A stretch of 64,000 nucleotides of DNA from assembly GCA_002839285.1 (NCBI GenBank), contig PGXT01000001.1:80112-144111 (forward strand), read 5' to 3'. Shown piece by piece: positions 55,999-64,000 of this stretch. Position 1 is the first letter of the stretch; every line of letters starts with the position of its first letter. The notes below the pieces were generated by a model. The model was not told where the DNA came from. It saw only the letters and a program-made list of their open reading frames with translations, and ran no database searches. A program made the translations under genes and the position numbers. The stretch is from Spirochaetae bacterium HGW-Spirochaetae-5. GTDB taxonomy: Bacteria; Spirochaetota; UBA4802; UBA5550.

Positions 55999-58900
55999 TT
56001 AATATATCCGTTTCTGAATCGTTACAAGTGTAAAGTCATCGCCATAGTCGGGAGAACCGCTATGCTCTGTCACAGCCTGTATTATCTGGCGATTAAACTG
56101 TTCAAGTGGTTTTTTATGATAATTATTTTGAACCAGTTTTTTAAGCAGCGGAATAAGCCTTTCGTAACCGAACTCTATCTCTTTTGAATCGGTCTCTTCT
56201 ATAATACCATCTGTAAAAAGGAGCAGAATGTCCCCCGGTTTAAATGCGACGCGTCCCGGTTCATATCTCGAATCATCTATAAAACCGATCAGCCTCCCGG
56301 GCTTATTAAGAAGCTCTACCTCGCCGGTGTCATGATGCAGAAGTATCTGCTCGGGATGCCCGGCTGATGCAAAAACAATCTCTTCAGTGGTAATATTACA
56401 GAGGAATGATGTAAAAATATTTTTCCCCTTCAGGTTGTGATAGGTAAAATTATTAATGTAATACAGACGTTTATCGGGATCGACAAGTTTAAGGCTCTGG
56501 TTATTAACGATGTCTATCTGCATAGTGAAAAGTGCAGCCTGGATTCCGTGACCGGTGGCATCGGCTACCATCACTGACAGTGCTCCGTTGTCCAGAACTT
56601 CGACATTGTAATAATCACCGCCGACTTTTTTATTATGGGGAATATACGAAACTTCGATGTTGAAATTCTCAAGTGAAGAGTAAAATTCTTTGTCAGTGAG
56701 TACTCCCCGGAGCATGGTGTTTACCCTGGCAAGCAGTTCGCGTTTATCGAATGGTTTTACAAGGTAATCGTTTGCACCCGATTCGAATCCCTGAATAAGA
56801 TCGTTGATGAGCCTCTTTGCCGTAAGCATAATCACCGGGAGCTCATTGGGATTATATTTTTTACGTATCTCTCTGCAGACTTCATATCCCGAAAGGCGTG
56901 GCATCATTACGTCGAGAAGAACAAGATCCGGTTTACCCTTCTCCATTATCTGGTCAAGTGCCTCCATCCCGTTTGAAGCTTCAGTCACATGATATTTGAA
57001 GGGCATAAAATGATTACGTAAAACCTGAAGGTTTACAGGATCATCATCAACTATCAGGATATTAAAAGATGAGAGCTCATTATTTTTTTCATCAATGTCA
57101 TTAACCGATGTCCGGTTAAAATTTATATTTTCAAGATCATATTCAAGTTTTGAAACAACACGCTGCGTATTAACCTGGTGATGTTCCGAGACAGGTATTG
57201 TAAATGTAAACGAAGAACCTTTTCCGGTTTCAGATACTAAACCTATTGTTCCGCCATGCAGCTCAACCAGTTTTCTGGTTATTGCCAGTCCCAGTCCGGT
57301 TCCGCCATATTCCCGCTCTGTGGAACCGTCACCCTGCTCAAAGGAGTTGAAAATAATCTCATGCTTGTCACTGGGTATTCCTATGCCGGAGTCTTTTACA
57401 GTGACTGCGATCATATCCCGCCCTTTCTCCTGTATTATTTCAGCGGAGACTTCAACGGTTCCCTCTTTTGTAAACTTTATGGCGTTCCCTACAAGATTAT
57501 AAAGAATCTGCTGAAGCCGGTTTTCATCACCAAGGGCCGGAGGTAGATTATAATCAATCCGGTTAAACAGAGTTATCGGCCTTGTTCCTGTTAAAGTGCG
57601 GGATAATATAAGAACATGATCAACCATTGAATAGATGTCGATTGACTGCCGCATTATTTCAATGTCGCTGTTTTTCATTTTTGCAAAATCGAGAATATCA
57701 TTAACCAGATTCGAAAGTCGTCGTGCGCTTGACTCTATGAGTTTGAGGTTATACTTATGTGTATCGCTCAACTCCCCCATGGAACCATCCCCCATGGATT
57801 CAGTAAGGCCTATTATTCCATTAAGAGGGGTCCGCAATTCATGAGATGTGTTGGCCAGAAATTCATCCTTCAGCTGATCCATGGCTATAAGCTGCCGGTT
57901 CGCCTGCTGCAGTTCGGCGGAAAGAGTCTCCGCTGTTTCAAATGCCATGGTAAAGCGATGAGCCAGCAGATAAGACTGGGATAATATATAGAAGACAAGT
58001 CCATATGATGCCGTATTCATGGTATTGATAACCTGACTGTTATACAGGATATCATTAATTCCAGTAAGATATAGTACGGCCATCCCAATAAATGCAACTA
58101 TAGCACCGTCACGTTTCCTGTAAACCGCAATTGAAAGTACCGCCAATATCAGAAGTCCGCCCAGGAGTATAAATAGATCATAAAAAATTTTCCCTTCACT
58201 GTAGTATTTAAGAGGAAGCGAAATTATAAGCGCTGCAATTATCAGTGCAATGGAGATAATTGGAATCATTATCTTTTTTTTCATTTCATAGGGGAATACT
58301 GTATAAAAAAACAGAACAATCAAAGGTATCATTCCGTAGGATGAGAGATATTCTATTTTACTGTACATCTCCCAGTTTATAGAAGGGAACCACGCTGCCA
58401 GATATCTCTCCCCCATAACCATGGAGCGCATACCCATTGACATGGTTAAAATTGAAAAAACCAGTGCGGATTTTTCACGCGGCCTGAGAAAAAAAATTCC
58501 CAGATGATACAGCATCATAATTAATATAACGCCCAGTACGAGAAAAGCGAGCTGTGTGTTCCGCTCACGTTCCGCTTTAATCAGAACTTCAGGTCCGAGA
58601 TGAATACTCTCCCACAATCCCCCTTTTTTATGATGAAAATTTGAAACCTGCACAACAATATCAACGGTCCCTTTATTGCTGCCTTTATCAGCCGGATTAT
58701 GAAAAAATACAGTACGGGGGAGATACTGAGGCACACCTCTCTCTGCAGAGACTTCACCGTTTTCAGAAAGGAGTTCACCATTTACCCAGAGCTTATAGGC
58801 CGTTGCCGCGTCAAGGATCTTTAATCCGATAAAGGGGGAACTTCCCGATACAATTACCTTCAGACGGTAAGTGGCGTATCCATTACCGGGGAGCGGCGCC

Positions 58901-59166
58901 ATGGGATGTTCAATATCATTCCATATAGAAGGGACTTGAACAAAAACAGGATTATCAAGTCTGTTCCCGCCGGAGAAATCTGAAGGAGTATAGAGCTTCT
59001 TCCAGTAAAATTCCCATTCCCCATCAAGGGCATAGTTGCGATGGGGCGCTGCCTGTGAAAGGTCAAGGACACCCATCTCAGCCCGATAAACCGGGAAATC
59101 ACGGGAACAGGAGAATAACAATAAAAAGATTAATATATATAACGGGATGAGGTTTCTTTTATTCAT
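55999..59166 (-). CDS. hybrid sensor: 7TM-DISM + HisKA/HATPase + REC + SpoIIE phosphatase
   Basis: LDGEWEFYW, FLANTSHELRTPLNG, GTGLGL, LLDVMMP, VGGDYY, DATGHG, FTDG, DDFT. Confidence 0.92.
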   Translation of the reverse strand: MNKRNLIPLYILIFLLLFSCSRDFPVYRAEMGVLDLSQAAPHRNYALDGEWEFYWKKLYTPSDFSGGNRLDNPVFVQVPSIWNDIEHPMAPLPGNGYATYRLKVIVSGSSPFIGLKILDAATAYKLWVNGELLSENGEVSAERGVPQYLPRTVFFHNPADKGSNKGTVDIVVQVSNFHHKKGGLWESIHLGPEVLIKAERERNTQLAFLVLGVILIMMLYHLGIFFLRPREKSALVFSILTMSMGMRSMVMGERYLAAWFPSINWEMYSKIEYLSSYGMIPLIVLFFYTVFPYEMKKKIMIPIISIALIIAALIISLPLKYYSEGKIFYDLFILLGGLLILAVLSIAVYRKRDGAIVAFIGMAVLYLTGINDILYNSQVINTMNTASYGLVFYILSQSYLLAHRFTMAFETAETLSAELQQANRQLIAMDQLKDEFLANTSHELRTPLNGIIGLTESMGDGSMGELSDTHKYNLKLIESSARRLSNLVNDILDFAKMKNSDIEIMRQSIDIYSMVDHVLILSRTLTGTRPITLFNRIDYNLPPALGDENRLQQILYNLVGNAIKFTKEGTVEVSAEIIQEKGRDMIAVTVKDSGIGIPSDKHEIIFNSFEQGDGSTEREYGGTGLGLAITRKLVELHGGTIGLVSETGKGSSFTFTIPVSEHHQVNTQRVVSKLEYDLENINFNRTSVNDIDEKNNELSSFNILIVDDDPVNLQVLRNHFMPFKYHVTEASNGMEALDQIMEKGKPDLVLLDVMMPRLSGYEVCREIRKKYNPNELPVIMLTAKRLINDLIQGFESGANDYLVKPFDKRELLARVNTMLRGVLTDKEFYSSLENFNIEVSYIPHNKKVGGDYYNVEVLDNGALSVMVADATGHGIQAALFTMQIDIVNNQSLKLVDPDKRLYYINNFTYHNLKGKNIFTSFLCNITTEEIVFASAGHPEQILLHHDTGEVELLNKPGRLIGFIDDSRYEPGRVAFKPGDILLLFTDGIIEETDSKEIEFGYERLIPLLKKLVQNNYHKKPLEQFNRQIIQAVTEHSGSPDYGDDFTLVTIQKRIY

Positions 59167-59250
59167 ATAATATTTATTTACAGTAATTTTTCATGAAAGT
59201 CAAGACCTTTATTTACTCTTAATTGAACTTCAAAAGATAACGGATTATTT

Positions 59251-59368
59251 TTTCAGGCACAGCGCTTCGCGCTGTGCCTGAAATGGGGGATTACGGGGGC
59301 AGCGCCCCCGTGATCCCCCAATTTCAGGCGTATGCGGAGCATACGCAGCCCCGAAAATAATTTACTAC
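59251..59368. repeat. REP-like family A, full copy in inverted orientation
   Basis: Same three hairpins as 54108-54205 in reverse order. Confidence 0.75.
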
Positions 59369-59497
59369 CCTGATAATTTTAAAAAAAAAGGTTTTTGATT
59401 AAAATTTTATAATAAAGACTTGTTATGTCACTGAAATTTTGTACTATATTATTATAACTTTATGCAAATTAAATAATGGAGCACCGGTACAACTGAT

Positions 59498-59857
59498 ATG
59501 CCGAAAATACTGATTGTTGAAGATGAAGAGATGTTAAGAGATCTCTACGAGGAAGAGCTTCTTGACGAGGGATATGAAGTAGTAAAAGCTGCGAATGGTT
59601 CCGAAGCCTTAAAAATTGTTGAGAGTGAAGAGATTGACCTTATTATGATGGATATCAGTATGCCGGAAATGGACGGGATTCAGGCTCTCGGAAAAGTTGC
59701 TTCAAGAGAAAGGAAAATACCGGTAATTATCTATACCGCCTATTCAAACTATAAAAGTAATTTTATGACATGGACCGCAGATGCTTATCTTACAAAATCA
59801 TCAAACCTTGACGAACTTAAAAAAAAGATCAACAACCTTCTTGCCAGAGATTTATAG
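59498..59857 (+). CDS. single-domain response regulator
   Basis: ILIVEDE..MDISMPEMDG..YTA..K. Confidence 0.92.
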   Translation: MPKILIVEDEEMLRDLYEEELLDEGYEVVKAANGSEALKIVESEEIDLIMMDISMPEMDGIQALGKVASRERKIPVIIYTAYSNYKSNFMTWTADAYLTKSSNLDELKKKINNLLARDL

Positions 59858-59984
59858 TATCTGAAAACTCCTCTGATTTTATAGATTGACTTTTTATAAA
59901 GACGAATCTATACTTTGCCCCGGCAGGTCTCATTAAAATTATTCACCCGTTTAATTCCGTAAAACATATCCGGAGGAGTTTACC

Positions 59985-61637
59985 ATGAATCCGCACTGGA
60001 AAAATACTGTTGTTTATCAGATATATCCTAAAAGTTTTCAGGACAGCAATGGCGACGGGATCGGCGACATTCCCGGAATAATCAGCCGTCTTGAATTTCT
60101 GAAAGAGCTTGGCGTAAACTGCATCTGGCTCTCCCCTGTTTACCGGTCACCCAATGACGACAACGGTTACGACATAAGCGATTACCGCGATATCAATCCG
60201 GAATACGGAACCATGACAGATATGGACAACCTTATCTCCAGCGCAAAAAAACTCGGCATCGGAATTATTATGGATCTTGTCATAAATCATACCTCCGATG
60301 AACATGAGTGGTTTGTAAAAAGCCGTGACAAGTCGAGTCCGTACCGCGATTACTATTTCTGGCGTGAAGGTAAAAAGGGAAAACTCCCCAATAACTGGAC
60401 CTCTTTTTTTGCCGAGGATGCATGGTCAAAAGATGAAGCTTCCGGTGAATACTATCTCCACCTTTTTTCAAAAAAGCAGCCCGATCTGAACTACCATAAT
60501 CCCAGGGTACTGGATGAAATAAAAGATATTATGCGTTTCTGGCTCGATAAAGGTATTTCCGGTTTCCGCTGCGATGTTATAAATATAATCTGGAAATCTT
60601 CACTTGAAAACGGCAGGAAGAGACTGATTCTCACAGGGAAGGAACACTACCTGACCCAGGAGGGGATGCACCGGATTCTAAAAACTCTGCGGAAGGATGT
60701 GCTTGATAATTATGACTGCTTTACCGTAGGCGAAACTGTTTTTGTAACACCAAAAGATGCCAATGATCTCTGTAGTGAGGAATCAAAAGAACTTGATATG
60801 ATTTTCTGTTTCGAACATATGGAGTGCGACCAGATAATTGTAAAGTGGTTCACACGTAAGTTTAAACCGAAACGCCTGTTCAAAGTCCTGACTAAGTGGC
60901 AGAACGGGATAACATGGAATGCCCTGTATTTCGAAAATCACGATCAGCCGCGGAGTATTTCAAGATTCATTAAAGACAGAAAATTTATGAGCCAAGGTGC
61001 CAAAGCCCTGGCCATGATGCTGTTTACACTCCGGGGGACCCCTTTTGTTTTTCAGGGTCAGGAGATTGGAATGACAAATTTTGATATAGAATCACTGGAC
61101 CAGATACAGGATATAGAATCACACAATGTTTACAAACTTGCAAGAAGACTCCACTTCCCTGAATGGTACGCATGGAGAATGATTCAGCTTAAAAGCAGAG
61201 ATAATGCCCGCACACCAATGCAGTGGAACAATACAGAAAATGCCGGATTTTCAACGGGGAATCCATGGATAAAAGTAAACGAAAACTTTCATCAGATTAA
61301 TGTAGAATCTCAAATCTCCTCTGCAGAATCTGTTCTGGCATTCTACAGGAAGCTCATTGATCTACGAAAAACCTCGCCGTTGCTTATTGACGGAAATTTC
61401 AGAAAAATAAAAATTACAAAATCGATATTTGTATACGAACGGTTTATCGATGAAAAATCAGAGAATATAAATCTTTCTCAATACAAACAGATGAGAGTTA
61501 TAATCAATCTGAGCAATAAAACAAAAAAATATAAATCCGGAGATAAAGTTTTACTCTCGACTTACGAGAGAGATTCATATGACGGGAATCTTTTCCCTTA
61601 TGAGGGGATTATACTATATGAATCTGTTAACGATTGA
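59985..61637 (+). CDS. GH13 alpha-glucosidase / oligo-1,6-glucosidase
   Basis: YQIYPKSFQDSNGDGIGD, DLVINHTS, GFRCDVIN, VGE, ENHDQPR, RDNARTPMQW. Confidence 0.93.
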   Translation: MNPHWKNTVVYQIYPKSFQDSNGDGIGDIPGIISRLEFLKELGVNCIWLSPVYRSPNDDNGYDISDYRDINPEYGTMTDMDNLISSAKKLGIGIIMDLVINHTSDEHEWFVKSRDKSSPYRDYYFWREGKKGKLPNNWTSFFAEDAWSKDEASGEYYLHLFSKKQPDLNYHNPRVLDEIKDIMRFWLDKGISGFRCDVINIIWKSSLENGRKRLILTGKEHYLTQEGMHRILKTLRKDVLDNYDCFTVGETVFVTPKDANDLCSEESKELDMIFCFEHMECDQIIVKWFTRKFKPKRLFKVLTKWQNGITWNALYFENHDQPRSISRFIKDRKFMSQGAKALAMMLFTLRGTPFVFQGQEIGMTNFDIESLDQIQDIESHNVYKLARRLHFPEWYAWRMIQLKSRDNARTPMQWNNTENAGFSTGNPWIKVNENFHQINVESQISSAESVLAFYRKLIDLRKTSPLLIDGNFRKIKITKSIFVYERFIDEKSENINLSQYKQMRVIINLSNKTKKYKSGDKVLLSTYERDSYDGNLFPYEGIILYESVND

Positions 61638-61680
61638 TTTAGTAGTAGTGATTAGACCGGATGATTAATTAAAAAAAACA

Positions 61681-61881
61681 TATAAAGCCGCAAACTTTTC
61701 GAACTCACCCCCGGCCCCTCTCTTTGGTAAGAAAGAGAGGGGAGTTTAAAAGAGGAAATTTATTGCGTATTTCAGGGGAATATTTTGTTTTACGAAGCCT
61801 CTCTTTTTTTCATCAAAGAGAGGGGCGCGGCAGTAGCCGGGGGTGAGTGTTAAGAGTTTTAATGAAAATTTACCCGATCAC
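61681..61881. repeat. MITE/REP-like family B, second copy
   Basis: Inverted copy of 9601-9789. Confidence 0.75.
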
Positions 61882-61914
61882 GGAACTGGTCATTCGAATC
61901 TGGAGATATTACAA

Positions 61915-64000
61915 ATGATTGAATTTAATGAAAAAGAAAAAATCTTTTACCTTAATACAGAAAACTCAAGCTATATCTTCCGTGTAACTGAATTTAATCA
62001 CCTGGAGAGTGTCTACTATGGAAGCCCTGTCCCGGCTGGTGAAATAGATTCTCTCAGACTTAAACACACCGTTCCAATCGGGAGCAGTGTTGCTTACTCT
62101 CCGGAAAATGATATCTACTCTCTGGATAATCTGACTCTTGAATATTCCGGGATCGGTAAAGGTGATTACAGGCATTCACCAGTTGAAATCCGCATGCCCG
62201 ACTCTACCTTTGTATGCGACTTTGTTTATCGAAGCCACAAAATTTATGATGGATCTTCAACTTCGGAAAAACTTCCGCTTTCGTATGGTGACAACAAAGA
62301 ATGCACTACACTTGAAATCACTATGGAAGATATTCCGAATAGCGTACTTCTTACAATGTTTTACACAGTATTCCCTGCATCTGATGTTATTACACGTCGT
62401 GTAGTTCTGAAAAATAATAATACGGCAAGTCTCCAGATAAGAAAACTGATGAGCTTTATGCTTGATCTTAATCTCCCCGGAGCTGTCATGCTCACTCTCG
62501 ACGGCGGATGGATTAAAGAAGCGAACAGTCATACACGAACTCTAACCTATGGACTTTATGTTAACGAATCCAACACAGGCGCTTCAAGCAACAGGCATAA
62601 TCCCGGTATAATTCTGCATGATAAAAAAACCAGTGAAGATCATGGCAATGCCTACGGATTCAATCTTGTCTACAGCGGCAATCACTACGAGGGGGTTGAA
62701 GTAAGCAACCACGATCTTATCAGAGTAATGTCCGGAATAAACCCCCACTGTTTTGAGTGGGAACTTAAAACAGATGAGTCTTTCGAAACTCCCGAAGCGA
62801 TTATGACTTTCTCTTCCGGCGGACTTAACGGAGTAAGCGGTCATTTCCATGATTTTATAAATAATCATATTGTCCGCGGCGTATATAAGGGGAAAGACCG
62901 GCCGGTGCTTCTTAACAACTGGGAGGCGCACTTTTTCAAATTCAATCAGAGAAAACTCCTTGGTCTTGCAAAACGTGCAAAAAAAATCGGAGTGGAACTC
63001 TTCGTTCTTGATGACGGATGGTTCGGGAAACGTAACGATGACAAGGCCGGGCTTGGCGACTACAATGTAAACAGGAAGAAGTTCCCCCGCGGACTGGCAC
63101 CCTTCGCCCGGAAGATAAACCGTATGGGGATGAAATTCGGACTATGGTTTGAACCTGAAATGGTTAATGAAGACAGCGAACTCTTCCGCAAACACCCGGA
63201 ATACGCGGTAAAGATAAACGGAAGAAAACCATCCTACGGCAGAAACCAGCTGGTTCTCGATCTCTGTAATGACGAAGTCCGGGATTATATAGTAAACAAT
63301 GTAAGAACAGTTCTTGAAAGCGCAGAAATTTCATATGTGAAATGGGACATGAACCGGCATATCAGCGATATGTTTTCCAGCCATGTTCCGCTGCAGGGGA
63401 TGTTCTTTCACAGTTATATTCTGGGCCTCTACGATATCTTTAAAAGAATCTTTCATGATAAGCCTCACATTCTTCTTGAGAGCTGCTCAAGCGGAGGGAA
63501 CAGATTCGATCTTGGGATGTTGTGTTACTCGCCGCAGATCTGGGCTTCCGATGATACGGACCCGATTGAACGATTAAGGATTCAGAAAGGTCTCAGCTAC
63601 TTCTACCCCTTATCGACTATTGGCGCCCATGTTTCATGCGCTCCCCATCAGCAGACGCTAAGAGCAACACCGCTCTCATCACGTTTTAATACGGCATCTT
63701 TCGGGGATTTGGGATACGAGCTGGACCTTAAATACCTTTCATGGATCGAAAAGCGCGAGGTTAAAAAGCAGATTGAGTTTTACAAGGAGCACCGGAGAGT
63801 TTTTCAGTTCGGCAGATTTTACCGCTTTGACAGCAAAAAAGACAATAAAGAGAATTTTATATGTGTAGCACAGGATCGGAAAAGCGCAGTTGCAGGACAC
63901 TTCCAGACTCTTGCATCTGCAAGTGAAGCGAGCGATATACTCCCCGTTACGGGTCTTGATCCGGAAAAAAATTATACAATTAAAACTGTTAAACAGGGTT
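61915..64000 (+). CDS. GH36 alpha-galactosidase, 3'-truncated by the window edge
   Basis: Not in the ORF track; ATG at 61915 after GGAG; NNWEA, FVLDDGWFG, FGLWFEPEMV, YVKWDMNR, ESCSSGGNRFD. Confidence 0.9.
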   Translation, partial: MIEFNEKEKIFYLNTENSSYIFRVTEFNHLESVYYGSPVPAGEIDSLRLKHTVPIGSSVAYSPENDIYSLDNLTLEYSGIGKGDYRHSPVEIRMPDSTFVCDFVYRSHKIYDGSSTSEKLPLSYGDNKECTTLEITMEDIPNSVLLTMFYTVFPASDVITRRVVLKNNNTASLQIRKLMSFMLDLNLPGAVMLTLDGGWIKEANSHTRTLTYGLYVNESNTGASSNRHNPGIILHDKKTSEDHGNAYGFNLVYSGNHYEGVEVSNHDLIRVMSGINPHCFEWELKTDESFETPEAIMTFSSGGLNGVSGHFHDFINNHIVRGVYKGKDRPVLLNNWEAHFFKFNQRKLLGLAKRAKKIGVELFVLDDGWFGKRNDDKAGLGDYNVNRKKFPRGLAPFARKINRMGMKFGLWFEPEMVNEDSELFRKHPEYAVKINGRKPSYGRNQLVLDLCNDEVRDYIVNNVRTVLESAEISYVKWDMNRHISDMFSSHVPLQGMFFHSYILGLYDIFKRIFHDKPHILLESCSSGGNRFDLGMLCYSPQIWASDDTDPIERLRIQKGLSYFYPLSTIGAHVSCAPHQQTLRATPLSSRFNTASFGDLGYELDLKYLSWIEKREVKKQIEFYKEHRRVFQFGRFYRFDSKKDNKENFICVAQDRKSAVAGHFQTLASASEASDILPVTGLDPEKNYTIKTVKQG

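Noticed and set aside
61966-63577. Several short ORFs in the track
   Set aside because: Shadow frames of the GH36 gene, which runs off the window

Overview
AT-rich bacterial chromosome segment. The host is probably a free-living spirochaete; this is inferred from gene style (7TM-DISM sensor, several SpoIIE phosphatases, SH3b protein) and is not proven. Host genes lie at 1-12.4 kb (CorC/TlyC-like, recO, HD protein, radical SAM, avtA, two SpoIIE phosphatases, uvrC, tRNA-Pro) and 53.2-64 kb (cupins, RNHCP-rsgA, hybrid kinase, response regulator, GH13 and GH36 glycosidases), with several palindromic REP/MITE-like repeats. Between them is an apparently complete ~40.8 kb temperate podovirus-type prophage, integrated in tRNA-Pro(GGG) with a 47-bp att duplication (12383-12429 / 53116-53162). 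It has a lambdoid-style early region, P22-like packaging and ejection genes and an N4-gp56-type capsid. It also has an antisense 7-gene defence-like block (Schlafen/AlbA_2, putative Abi, MmeI-like R-M, CoiA, TIR and others) and a leading-region-like operon (J-domain, RadC/JAB). The most striking observation is an integron-type platform inside the prophage: an attI-like site (49733-49751), a 2.17-kb gene cassette encoding a membrane PAS histidine kinase and closed by an attC (47561-47657) whose R'' arm is complementary to the cassette's first bases, then a second cassette-like gene. No integron integrase is present in the phage, which suggests it captures cassettes using a host IntI in trans. 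All product calls are from motif recognition by eye; no database searches were run.
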